A stretch of 63,728 nt of DNA, the filler included, from Octopus bimaculoides (lineage: Eukaryota), in NCBI RefSeq assembly GCF_001194135.2. It is 5 parts of 4 records of this genome, joined end to end, with 100 filler letters (N's around TTAATTAATTAA, not from the genome) between each part and the next. Parts side by side here need not be neighbours in the genome. Positions count along the whole stretch, not along the records: positions 1 to 25,621 come from NC_068983.1; 4 more parts are not named here. One strand, 5' to 3'. A program made the translations under genes and the position numbers. This document shows positions 1 to 11,994 of the stretch, piece by piece. Positions within the stretch are counted from its first letter, which is position 1. The number at the start of each line of letters is the position of its first letter. The notes beneath the pieces were generated by a model. That model did not search any database. It saw only the letters and a program-made list of their open reading frames with translations, and had not been told where the DNA came from.

Positions 1-8
1 TGTGTGTG

Positions 9-64
<56 letters not shown>

Positions 65-125
65 TGTGTATATATGTATGTATGTGTGTGTGTGTGTGTA
101 TGTGTGTGTATATATATATATATAT

Positions 126-160
<35 letters not shown>
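1..160. repeat. (TG)n/(TA)n microsatellite
   Basis: Direct dinucleotide repeats; source of the spurious VCVCVC ORFs. Confidence 0.95.
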
Positions 161-161
<1 letters not shown>

Positions 162-204
162 CTGTCTTTGTCCCACCACATCGTTTGACACCGATGCTAC
201 CTCC

Positions 205-350
205 CGGTAACTTAGCGGTTCGTCAAAAGTAATTGATAGTATAAATTCTAGGCTTACAAAAAATAAGCCCTGGGGTCCATTTGTTCGACTAATGGCAGTG
301 CTCCAGCATGACTGCTGTCAGACGACTGAAAGAAGTAAAAGAATAAAAGA
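205..350 (+). mobile_element. SINE-like interspersed repeat ending GTAAAAGAATAAAAGA
   Basis: Similar diverged copies at ~47060-47210 (+), 41750-41905 (+), 28340-28520 (-) and 60830-60930 (-). Confidence 0.65.
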
Positions 351-359
351 TTTATTCTT

Positions 360-1760
360 ATTATCATTACTTTGCTTTGGCTCAGGTTTGGTCTTATTCC
401 TGGTATAATTTATGTGGGTAGCGGGTTACTACCTGTAACCTTAGGTACACACCTTTTCGGCAACTGTTGAAGTGCTAAGAAACTTCCTGATAATTCTCAC
501 TGTCCCTAAGAGACAAACTTTCTGTAGGAGCTTTCCCGGGCATTCTACTTCACAAAAACATCTGGTATATTTACCTTGATAGTTCGATCTGTACATACTG
601 GGAAGTCCTAAAGAATAATTACATTTTCTCCCTCAGTTACAGCCTCAGGGTGGTGCTTGTACCTTTTGTCAGCAGTTTGTAGTTTTGATTTTATAATGCC
701 GGCACATTATCCAATGTTGATATTGGCCAACTCTGTCATGTCTTGATTTGTACTCTACAGGTGCTAAAACCTTACATCCAGAGATTAGGTGGTCGACTGT
801 TTCTATCCCATTGTTGCAGTATCGGAACTTTGGGTCTACACTATTTTTCTTCACATTGGCTTCATAGATCCGGGTCAATAAGCTTTGATATTGGGCATCG
901 AAGATAAAGCCTTCACTTTCTGCCTTTAGCCCTGAGCTCGGGCCATGGATCTTTTCTTTTGTCACTCCCATTATGTTTCTTTTTCTTGACATCACCCACA
1001 TTTTCTGCTACAACGATACTTGCTGCCGTGATCAAATCTTTTGTTTCCATGATGTTATTTGTTTTGATGTATTTCAGAATTTCATTGATAATTTTCGACT
1101 GTTGGTTCAATTTCCATCGTTCAACTTTTTTAAGGTTACAAATAATGTCGCTTTCATTCTCCTGTAGTCTTATCGCAATTCTGTCGTAGATTGCCTTTTG
1201 TTCAACTGTCATGTCGCCATTAATTTTATTGTTTTCTTTTAGATCATCTATATGCCTCTCATCAAATAAACTACCACTGCTCCTTACCTGTTCTATGAAA
1301 TTACTTTTATTAGTAAAACTGTATTTTCATCGTTATCTCTGCTGCTATTTTCCATGACTCGTCTTTTGATAGCTTCGAGCTCTACTTCTGTGAACCAGCA
1401 ATTTTTTCCTCATTGCTCAAGCTTGATCACATAGTCTCTGTTCCGTGAGTCGAAACGATCCCTTTTCTCTCCAATGATCATACATACCTTGTCGATAACA
1501 TCTAATTTGAGCACCATTTTCATCTACCGGGCTGCCCAGGTAGTAACAGCTTAATTTGCTTGCTCCATCTACGCCCTGTGCGGTGGTCCCTTTCTGAATA
1601 TCGACAGGCTGGAGCCCAACCAGCATCTCTGAGCCTACCGGGTGTAACACTGTCACCATCATTGGCTTCAGTTTCTTTATCGCCCTTATACACAATATTC
1701 TGTTTTTTTCCTTGTCACTCATATGAGGTGGCGATTATGAGGTTGCGCAGTTACTAATGT
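360..1760 (-). mobile_element. R4/Dong-type non-LTR retrotransposon, degraded, RT domain absent
   Basis: N-terminal motifs (MYDHWREKG..TEQRLCDQA; ITAASIVVAE), then GLKAESEGF..Q.QSL and CCHC knuckle (CNNGIETVDHLISGC..RHDRV), then C-terminus LLQKVCLLGTVRIIRKFL and 3' UTR shared with other copies. Confidence 0.8.
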
Positions 1761-2129
1761 TTTTATCGTGACACCATCACTAGATGTAACATTAATTAGT
1801 TCATGAGGATGAGGAGGAGGCTCCACCAGTCTCCTTTCATTAATATTATTATTTTCATCAATGATATCATTGATATAGTTTTTTATGTGCAGTAGCAGCA
1901 GTGATTACAGCACCAGCATCCGTAGCGTGTTTTGGGGTAGTGTTAAGGGTGGTATTTGGGTTTCATATACCTGTACTATCATAATAATAGTAGTTCTAGT
2001 GTTAAGTTAGTGTTAGAAGTATTTAGTATTAGCAGCTGCAACATATTATTTTTTTTTTATTGTTATCATTATCACCATCAGCACAACCACCATTGTTTTA
2101 AGGAAAAGCTGGGTAGCAGTTTGGTGAAT

Positions 2130-2681
2130 AGATCATAATCTTTTTGACTTGACAGAGCGAAAAATTGGTACGACTGCGAACCTGAAAGCATCGTCGAAAA
2201 TAGAAATCCAAAGATCCTATGAGATTTTATGATTCAGTGCGACCATGAGATAGAGAATAGGTAGCCGGACATAGACATAGCCTTAATTGAGAAAGAAAAC
2301 AAACTATGCTGGATCATTGATATAGCATGCCCAGCTGACAACAAGGTGTGCGATAAGGAAGACAGAAAAGTTGAGAGATATGACAGGTTAGCTTGGGAAG
2401 TTAAGCAGCTGTGTCGATGAAAAAGGTAGCAGTAGTACTAATAATTGTCGGAGCCCTGGGAATAGTGAGTAAATATCTCGAGAAGTGGAACAAATAGGGG
2501 CTGCAATAAGATTGGAGCACTTGCAGAAAACAGAACTGCTTTGAACTGCTCGAATACTCAGGAAGGTGCTCGAAAAATAAGAGGCGTTACCTTACTTCAC
2601 TGGTAGTGAACACTGACACTGTAGTACATCTCCAGCGTTAGAAGCTGTGCAAATGCAATAATAATAATAATAATAATAATG

Positions 2682-2737
<56 letters not shown>
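2130..2737 (+). mobile_element. R4/Dong-type LINE 3' end (restriction-like endonuclease) with (AAT)n tail
   Basis: Frameshifted PESIVEN..KIL.DFMIQCDHEIEN..PDI..IEKENKLCWIIDIACPAD..KVERYDRLAWEVKQL..IIVGALG; (AAT)n at ~2658-2737. Confidence 0.85.
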
Positions 2738-3119
2738 CCCTTTTACTATAGGCATCCCTATGTTTTGCTGGTACTTAATTTGTCAACCCCGAAAGGATAA
2801 AAGACAAAAATCAACTTCGAAATGCCGCTCGGCATTTCGTCTAGTATGCCAATGATTCTGCTAGCTGACCGCCTTAATAATACCGATAATGTTGATAATA
2901 CTTATAATAATATGGGAGCTCGAGCTCTAGACCATCTCGTCTGGGGATGTTCTGTGCTGAAACCAAACAAATGCAAATATCGCGACGATATTCATAAATA
3001 TGTGAACACTGCAAAATCAGCACTCTTGCTTACTGGTTTGAACATCATCCTGAATCAGTCGTTGAAGGCCAAACTGTCGCTATCCACTAGCATCTTCCAC
3101 TCAACACTGACAGAACGAT

Positions 3120-3560
3120 CCAGTCTAATCGACCAGGCACAATTATTAAAGACGGAGAAGAAAATACTTGTAGACTAGCAGACGTAAGTGTTACCAGTGA
3201 TAAAAAAATATATGTAAAGAATTAAACAAATCAAATAAGTAAATATAAGGACCTAGAAATTGAAATACAAAAGATGTGGCGTCATAAAGCGAGAACTGTT
3301 CCTGTTATTGCGGGTGCCCTTAGTATGATGAGAAAGAGATGTTAGAAAGATCTTGATAAATATCTTAGGAGAACTATGTCTCAGAGATATCCAAAAGATT
3401 ATGAGACAAGTACTGTCCACATCCTTAGAAAAAGTCTATCAATTTAGATGTATGTGTTGTTTTACATTCAGATATTGCAACTATCACTTGGCCTCCCCAA
3501 ACTTTCAGTCATGCTGTAACATATCTTACTCTTCACTCTCCCTAGGACACTGTCTTGACG
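3120..3560 (+). mobile_element. R4/Dong-type LINE 3' fragment, second subfamily
   Basis: NRPGTIIKDGEENTCRLADVSV..SKYKDLEIEIQKMWRHKARTVPVIAGAL motif with frameshifts. Confidence 0.75.
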
Positions 3561-3639
3561 AGTAATTCTAAGAAACACGGAAATGAACAGTAAATAATGA
3601 TAATAATAATAATAATAAAGATGATTAAAACTAAGAAAA

Positions 3640-3915
3640 AATACAATCCTTTAAAATTTGATGCTGGAAGAATTTGGAGAATGAGAAGAGTAACGGCCAA
3701 GCCGATAATAATTGGTGTGTTGGGACCGGTAAGTAAAGATATAGACAAACACCTGAAGCTCATTGTAATAGAATGCCCAGTTGAGTTCCCACAGAAAAAT
3801 TGTCTCTTAGGAACACCAAGGATTATCAGGAGCGCTTGAAAAACAAGTGAAACTTGTGGATACTTAAGGTTACAGGTAGTAACCCGCTACCCACATAATA
3901 ATAAAAACAATCTAG
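3640..3915 (+). mobile_element. R4/Dong-type LINE extreme 3' fragment
   Basis: ORF 3597-3839 PIIIGVLG..IECPVEFPQKNCLLGTPRIIR; 3' UTR GGTTACAGGTAGTAACCCGCTACCCAC is the reverse complement of ~416-442. Confidence 0.75.
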
Positions 3916-4012
3916 TGTCTTTATTTTAATGACCTATCAATGTATACAGTGAGCTCCTCTGACTTTGGTGTCAGGAAGACAATCGGCAAGAAATGAATAC
4001 AAAATTGAATGG

Positions 4013-4069
<57 letters not shown>

Positions 4070-5264
4070 CGATGATCATATAATAATTTATGATTCCCTC
4101 CCGAAGGCACATATGTCAATAGTTGAAGTGCAGGAAAATACGATTGTTAATCAAATTATTCAAACTATAATACTAACGCATGTTATATTAACTCTGATGC
4201 TACGAAAATATCACATGCTGCAGGACAGATTTCATTTCATGCATAATTATGGGTAATCGATAATATAAATGACTGGACAAGTAGGGAACACCACAGAAGT
4301 TATAATAGGGAAAGTTGTCAAAACGGAGAATACTCGTCTCCAATCTATACGCCTTAGCAAGCAAGTAAATTTAGCCTGGCACATTTAAGTGAACATACGA
4401 TAAAATTTACATTCTGCCTATGGTCTTCGCAAGACCGAAATATTTCTATACTCCAATAACAATATATGAAACAAACGATTGCTGCTTTCATTTCAAAGTT
4501 AAATTTCATGTCTCTGGACTTAACATTATAAAACTGGTCGAAAATCCGACCGGTATCGCTAAAACAGTTTCTTGAGTGGTTAGTCTAGTACACTGTATGT
4601 TCGGTTATCTATCCTATACCCGTGAAATATAATTCTTTTGAAAGCTGTTTATATACTCAGAAATCATGTTGTAATATAAGATGAGTTGTCTCGCCGTCTA
4701 TTTGGACAACTTTCCGTTTAAATTTGGTATCTAACGATCGACAATGTGGCTTCAGACTAGAACATGATACATAATAACAGTAGTAGAAATTATTATATAG
4801 CTTTATAAGTATCGGATAGCTAGCTACACATCTTTTGAATTGTTCAACGGTCTGTTAAAACATTAGACCGCTTTATTTCTTTAATATAAAGATATTCTCC
4901 GTTTACAGTCAATGATAGAATATTGATTGGAAGAAAAAAAATCTCTTCATAATTTCACTGTAGAAGAGCGACGAAGACACTCGTACAGACATACAGATAC
5001 TGACGCAGGTATGCACCCAATATATATGTGTGTGTGTGTATAGTTTTTGTAACTTTCCTCCGTGTGTGTGTAACAAACAGGACACAGAAGTCTGTCGATA
5101 AGCCAGCTGGAGGAGATGTCCTCCTGGGGCTAAAAGCAACAGTAACATCCACCCCTAGGGGTCAGCCACATTTAAGTGGCAATATACTTCACTTTATCGT
5201 ATATATATATGGTTTTAGAGAAAAGAACCAAAGTATAAATGCCTGAATATTGATAAGTCGTAAT

Positions 5265-5363
5265 GTCGGGATGTGCAAACTCATCCAATAAACTACACTG
5301 TAACAGTGTTATAACACTACAAAAACTAAATCAATAACAAACACGTAACAAACTTATATGCCA
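5265..5363 (-). repeat. 3' LTR of Gypsy element (short)
   Basis: 5292-5358 aligns with 9669-9736 (6 mismatches + 1 indel in ~68 nt); minus-strand TG start at 5363 directly follows a polypurine tract. Far boundary approximate. Confidence 0.7.
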
Positions 5364-5382
5364 CCTCCCCCCACTTTTTTCT
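5364..5382 (-). other. Polypurine tract (PPT)
   Basis: Minus strand AGAAAAAAGTGGGGGGAGG immediately before the LTR TG. Confidence 0.7.
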
Positions 5383-7348
5383 ACTTAATTCCCCGGGATG
5401 AAATTGGAATATTTTTCGTTTGGCTCTACTTGCAAAATTTCTGTTTGTTTTGTTTGCTTAGTCGATGTACTCGTTGGTTCGACTATTCCTTGAGGCACCG
5501 GGCGTCAAAAATGTCATAAAGAAATTCCATTGGTACTTCATTCCTTATTCGTTCTTCCGTAAACCGTTTTTTCAGCTGGTTTAGATGTATTTTGTGGTCC
5601 CACGTATGACCTTTTACCAAGTACGTTATTTGTCTTAAACGTTCATTTATTATTCCTTCTTCCCAACTTTCCTTTCCATTTCTGTATATTTAAAAAAAAC
5701 ACATTGTCACTGATTTTGAAGTATTTTATCTTATTTTCTGTGTTTTTCACTATTTTTTCTTTTCTTCCCAGTAGTAATTTGTCAAACACTGACCTGACGT
5801 CCCTGCCGAACGTTAGATCAGCCAGCGAATACCTGAAGCGGTGTTGGGGTTTGATGTTATTCGGTAGACACTTAAAAATTACGTCAATGCAGTATCAGCT
5901 AGTACCTCATTGTCAGATTTTTCAGCTCCCCCTTAAACGTGTCTCCAAAACGTTCCGCTAGTTCATTCGATCTCGGATGGTATGGCGGAGTAGTAATTTG
6001 CTCCATTTCATGCATTTTGCAAAAATTTTAAAATTCCTTCGAAATGAACTGTTCCATTATCAGACACTATAGTGCCTGGGACGCCATATCGCACAAAAAG
6101 TTCGTCCTTTGGAGGTTGGCTTCCAAAATTTTACATATTTCAGGCCATTTCGTGTAACTATCCACAAATCTCAGATAATATCCTCCATTTAACGGTCCTG
6201 CGAAGCCTATGTGTAATCTTGATCAAGGTATCTCAGTCTTGGGCGAAGGCTGAGTTTTTATATGTCGTGCTTTTGCTACTAGGACTCAAACCTTGAAGGC
6301 TTTCACCAATATTTCAATATCTTGATCCATATTCGGCTCCTCCAATGTACGTATCTCCCCCCTTAGTGCTTTCATTCTCGTTATTCCCGGAATTCTTTTA
6401 GGATACGATTTTACAAAGAAACAGGTATTACAACCCTCTGAGCGTACATAAGTACGACATCACATATCGAATACCATTTCGAATCTATGTTACGCTCGGC
6501 TACATGAGTTTTTGTATTTGTTTCTGACCTCTATTTTTTCGTTTTTATTTTGAACACATCCTTCTCTGCTTTAATTTTTATTTCTTCTAAAGTGACAGGT
6601 AGTTCGCGAACTACGTTGCAGAGTATATATATTTTTTTCAATTTTAGCTCTTAATTCCGCTATTACTGTGTCTTCTAACAGTTCATTGTATTGAGGTATC
6701 AATCTTGACAGCCCATCCGCATGTCCCAGTTTTGTTTTTACGATGGTAGAAATTCAATCTTAAAGTCATAATGTAGCAGGATCGTCCCCTAGTGCTGCAA
6801 TCGGTTGGCTGTATGCGTGGTAAATTGACAACAATGGATGGTGATCTGTCTGCAGACTGAATTTCCATCCATGTATGAATTTGTGAAATTTTTTCTCCGC
6901 AAAAAAATAGCTGATGCCTACATCTCAATATAGCTGTAATTTCTTGTATAAAGGTGTGGTAATAGTTTGCGCGCCCCAAGAACAGAACACTTGTAACGTT
7001 GTAAAACTTTTCGGGTGAGGCATATTTTTATTGCAGTAGATCTTGAAGGATCTGGCCTGCAACCATTTTTATGGATAACTTGTCCTAGATACTTTATTGA
7101 TGGCATGAGAAATTAGCATTTTTCCTCGCTAAGTTTAAATCTATACTCCTTTATTCTTTCAAAGACATTCTTAACATGTTCCTCATGCTAGCCTCGAGAC
7201 TCGCATTTTATGAGTATTAAATCCAAGTAGTCTATTGAAAAATCTGTATCCGCAAGCATAGTGTCTATCACCTGTTGGAAAATACTAGGTACCACTTTTA
7301 TCCCAAAAGGAAAACGATTGAATTTATATGAAACTTTATGGGTGTTTA

Positions 7349-8521
7349 TCATTAATATAAAAATGAGAATGTCTGTCGGTCTGTCTGTCTGTCTGTATGT
7401 CTGTCTGTCTGCGTGAATCCCTAAAACTCGAGAACTACGCAACCAATTTCATTCAAATTTTACACATGCCTTACTTAGGGTTCCAGTTGTATTTTAGTCA
7501 AAAAAAAGTATTAACTTCTTGCAGAGTTCGAGCACACGGCAACATAATATCTCCTCCACTATTTAAGTATTACGTGTCAAAAGTGAAACAAAAACACTCA
7601 TGTCAAATACTTTCACTTTAAAAATGAAACTATTCCACTAACTGAAACAATCACATTTCGATACTGTANNNNNNNNNNNNNNNNNNNNNNNNNNNNNNNN
7701 NNNNNNNNNNNNNNNNNNNNNNNNNNNNNNNNNNNNNNNNNNNNNNNNNNNNNNNNNNNNNNNNNNNNNNNNNNNNNNNNNNNNNNNNNNNNNNNNNNNN
7801 NNNNNNNNNNNNNNNNNNNNNNNNNNNNNNNNNNNNNNNNNNNNNNNNNNNNNNNNNNNNNNNNNNNNNNNNNNNNNNNNNNNNNNNNNNNNNNNNNNNN
7901 NNNNNNNNNNNNNNNNNNNNNNNNNNNNNNNNNNNNNNNNNNNNNNNNNNNNNNNNNNNNNNNNNNNNNNNNNNNNNNNNNNNNNNNNNNNNNNNNNNNN
8001 NNNNNNNNNNNNNNNNNNNNNNNNNNNNNNNNNNNNNNNNNNNNNNNNNNNNNNNNNNNNNNNNNNNNNNNNNNNNNNNNNNNNNNNNNNNNNNNNNNNN
8101 NNNNNNNNNNNNNNNNNNNNNNNNNNNNNNNNNNNNNNNNNNNNNNNNNNNNNNNNNNNNNNNNNNNNNNNNNNNNNNNNNNNNNNNNNNNNNNNNNNNN
8201 NNNNNNNNNNNNNNNNNNNNNNNNNNTCAAGAGTGGGCAGCAACAAAAAACCTATTTGTATATGCTCCACAAGGGAAAACAAGGAACATAGTTTACAATG
8301 AGGTGTTATAATCACAACAGCAAGAAAGTATGTACATGATCACCTTCTTTTACGAAACTTCATTGACTTTCATATATTTATATTGATATACATATATATA
8401 CGTGTGTTTGGGTGCGTGTGTGTATATACATCTCTATATATAAAGATGATGCGTAGTCTAGACGGCGTTTTTAGATTTCATTATTCTCTTTAACCCGGGC
8501 AACGCCGGGTATTTCTGCTAG
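7349..8521 (+). mobile_element. Non-autonomous Helitron inserted into the Gypsy pol region
   Basis: A|TC 5' end (TCATTAATATAAAAATGAGAATGTCTGTC); 3' hairpin CCCGGGCAACGCCGGG followed by CTAG|T at 8518-8522; spans an N gap. Confidence 0.75.
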
Positions 8522-9632
8522 TCATTAATAATTTCGAACATTCCTCCTCGACTTGTAACTGTTAGCACGCCTCCGACAAATCCAACTTTGAAATTTTTTT
8601 TCCTCCATTGAATTTCGCAAAACTTTCGTCCGAACTTGGTAATGGGCAATTGTACGTCATCAAACATTCGTTCAAATCTGTTCTTATGTTCGATGTTTCC
8701 ACATCCAAAATATTTCAGATTTTTAAAAGGACAATTTCTCTTAAAATGTATTTTCCCACACCCATAGCATGGTTTGGGTCTTGATTGCTGTTTATCTTTT
8801 TAGTTATATGTTACAGGCCGATATGTAAGTATATTTTAATTTTTCTGCTTCCTGTCGTAAATTTATAATATTTTGGCATTCTTCAGTCACTGCCTGTAGA
8901 GTTGGTTTCGAATTTTGTTCTAGTTTTATCAATATCCGAACCTATATCTTTGCATCTTTGTTTGCCGTTAATACTCTTACAATGATTAGACATTTGACAT
9001 GTCCGGGATTAATTCGTTTAATTTTAATTTTTCACATTCTCTGTTTACGATTCCGGCAGACGTGACGATATCTTCAATTTCTTGTCTTTCAAACTCAGTC
9101 ACTCCCAGCTAATATTAAACTGTGAACTTCTTTCACTGAATATTTTAGGTAACAGTTTAATTGTTTCCTCGAAACAAATTTCGGATGGTTTTCTTGACAG
9201 GATGTCATACTTTTCATGTTCTGCGGGTGATAACTTCCTTAAGAGAATTCACACTTTCTTTTCGTCCATCCAGTTTCTACATTCTTCTTTAAATGTTACT
9301 TCATGAATTCTGAAGTATGCAGAAAACGTAATCCCTTCTTGATTATAAGTAAATTCTTCAAATGATTTAGCAACCCCGTCTGCTGAAAACGAAGATGAAA
9401 TGTTTTTTGATTGCAACAATAATTCCAACAACCGTTGATTTTTTTCTGCTGTTGCTGTTGTTGTAGTTGCTGTTTTACCTGTTGTTACTGTTTCTGGTGT
9501 TCTTGTTGTTACTGTTGTCGTTGTCGTTTTAACTGTTGCTGTTGTTCTTGTTGTTGTAGTTGCATTTGCAAATGTACAGCGGAAGCTAATAGGTCTTCCA
9601 TGCTAAGAACGTCCACAGTGGGCTTCGAACGT

Positions 9633-9642
9633 CTCGTCGCCA
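9633..9642 (-). other. Primer binding site TGGCGACGAG
   Basis: Complementary to the ..CUCGUCGCCA 3' end of metazoan tRNA-Ser(GCU); lies between 5' LTR and gag ATG. Confidence 0.7.
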
Positions 9643-9644
9643 CT

Positions 9645-9745
9645 ATTATATCCTTGAGATGGATATAGACTACACTGTAACAGTGTTATCACACTACAAA
9701 ACTAAATTAGTAACAAAAATGTAACCAACTTATATCTCTTCTCAA
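9645..9745 (-). repeat. 5' LTR of Gypsy element (short)
   Basis: Direct repeat of 5292-5358, adjacent to the PBS; boundaries approximate. Confidence 0.65.
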
Positions 9746-11956
9746 TGACTTCTGCGACTGCCTTCTCACATGTGACTGCACTCACCACACTGTACCTCGC
9801 ACTGTCAGTACTCATGCGCCTTTATAAGGTTAAGGACAGTTCACTTGCTATCTCACAAGTGTGTTTACCACAGCATATCTTAAGTTTCGTCTGACGGTAC
9901 TAGGCTGGCTGCAGATTTTCTCGAACCAGCATTGAACATCTCTGAGACTAGCAGATCAACCTCTTTTTGCTATATTTTGTCCTGAGCCTGAATTCCTCCA
10001 CTGGTTAAAGGCAGTATGCGATTAGTGTGAAATACGACACACAAACCAGGTTTACATCAGTTTGACAGAGTTCATTGTCAACCATAAAGCACATGAACGG
10101 GAATGTGAAACACTGAGTAAAAGTTTTCTGTTATATTTCTGGTGCTTTTAAATAAAGCATATTACCTTGCCTCTGGTATTTGAGTACTCCTTTTTCCACC
10201 TTGTTGCACATTTATGTGCTTACTCCGGTATATGTATATATATATATATATATATATNNNNNNNNNNNNNNNNNNNNNNNNNNNNNNNNNNNNNNNNNNN
10301 NNNNNNNNNNNNNNNNNNNNNNNNNNNNNNNNNNNNNNNNNNNNNNNTATATATGGTGGTATGAGATGCAAAAGAATCCTTCTGCATATGTGTGCAGATG
10401 AAATATTTATGTTGTTGTTTGTGTTGTAACCACTGCTACTGTAATGGTCTAGTTGTTTGTAGCAACGATGGAGACGAAACTCTGCCCTTACTACTTCTGC
10501 TATGAGACACCAATCCCTGATTTGGTTAGTTTGGTCAATTATGTAGCACTTAGGCGCACGAATGGAAAAATAAGATTAGTTGCAATCAAATTAAATTGAT
10601 ATTCAATATAGGCTAAATGGAACCCATGCTAAAAATATTAACAGTTCTGCTCCTTCCGACATATATTATGGTTATCATGTTATCAATTTAAGTGAATAAA
10701 AATGATTATATATAAAATCACAACTACTGAATACATTCAGAATACACCAGCAAACAATATACCACGCTAATATTTGTGACTACTTGAGAGAAATAATAAT
10801 AAATATGTTTCCTAAAATATACCCCATGGAAAACACCCTTCCAAGAACCATTTATATATAACCACTGAAAATATCGATATTATGCATGTAAATGATTAAA
10901 AATTTATCCATCTTTAAAAGACAAATATGACAAAATTCACCGTTTTACGTCATCAACGAAATTAGCACGTATGAGGTTTGTTGAGAGACGTTTTACCTCA
11001 CAGCTACAGCATAAATTGGGAAATAGTTAAAGATAAATATTAGGTGAAAAACAAATTTACGCTAAAACAAGGCCAAGAAAATTCTCCACATGAACAAAAT
11101 CCAGAAAACATAGAAGTAAAAATGACAGATCACAATGTCTGAGAAGAGCGAACCTAATGTTGAGGCTGGTGTTTGCTTGATTGAAACACATGATCTAAGA
11201 ATTATTACTGTACGTTCATGTATGACAGAGTTAATTGTCTTCATACAGTAAAAGCTATGCCAGCAATTTAAAATAGCAACAAGAAACAAGTGATATAAAT
11301 ATACTTAGGTACTGGCCCCATACAGCGCAAATAAAATCACCTATATTAAATTAGTGAGGCCACAGTTAAACTATTGAATAATATTATAAATTGCCATCAG
11401 TAAAGGACGTGGTATCTAATGGAAGTAAGAGTTTCGAAAACAATAGTGTGTTTCTGAAATAAATGTAGGATTTACATACACAGGATGATTTATAAACCTA
11501 CATTACTAGGATTGGAATAGAGGAAAATGAATCAGAATGGAGTGTGATATATCTTCTACAAAAATCTATAACTTACAAATCTATTACTTACAGAGAAAAT
11601 ATGACAGTGCATATGTTATGTAGAATACTTTAAATATAGGAAGCAACACTACAAAACCCTGCATATTATCAAGGCCAACGAACACCGCCTTATATATATA
11701 NNNNNNNNNNNNNNNNNNNNNNNNNNNNNNNNNNNNNNNNNNNNNNNNNNNNNNNNNNNNNNNNNNNNNNNNNNNNNNNNNNNNNNNNNNNNNNNNNNNN
11801 NNNNNNNNNNNNNNNNNNNNNNNNNNNNNNNNNNNNNNNNNNNNNNNNNNNNNNNNNNNNNNNNNNNNNNNNNNNNNNNNNNNNNNNNNNNNNNNNNNNN
11901 NNNNNNNNNNNNNNNNNNNNNNNNNNNNNNNNNNNNNNNNNNNNNNNNNNNNNNNN

Positions 11957-11994
<38 letters not shown>

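Larger units (their letters stand above)
5265..9745 (-). mobile_element. Near full-length degraded Gypsy/Ty3 LTR retrotransposon
   Basis: Order on minus strand: LTR, PBS, gag (ATG at 9601, Gln-rich N-terminus, FEEFTYN..GITF..LLRKLS), RT (YKFNRFPFGIKVVPSIFQQVID..DYLD; KYLGQVI), RNase H end (GHADGLSRL), integrase (GVPGTIVSDNG; TPPYHPRSN..AERF), PPT, LTR. Many stops and frameshifts. Confidence 0.85.

Noticed and set aside
11043-11138. + strand open stretch VKNKFTLKQGQENSPHEQNPENIEVKMTDHNV*
   Set aside because: Weak acceptor, no recognisable homology, no linked exons.
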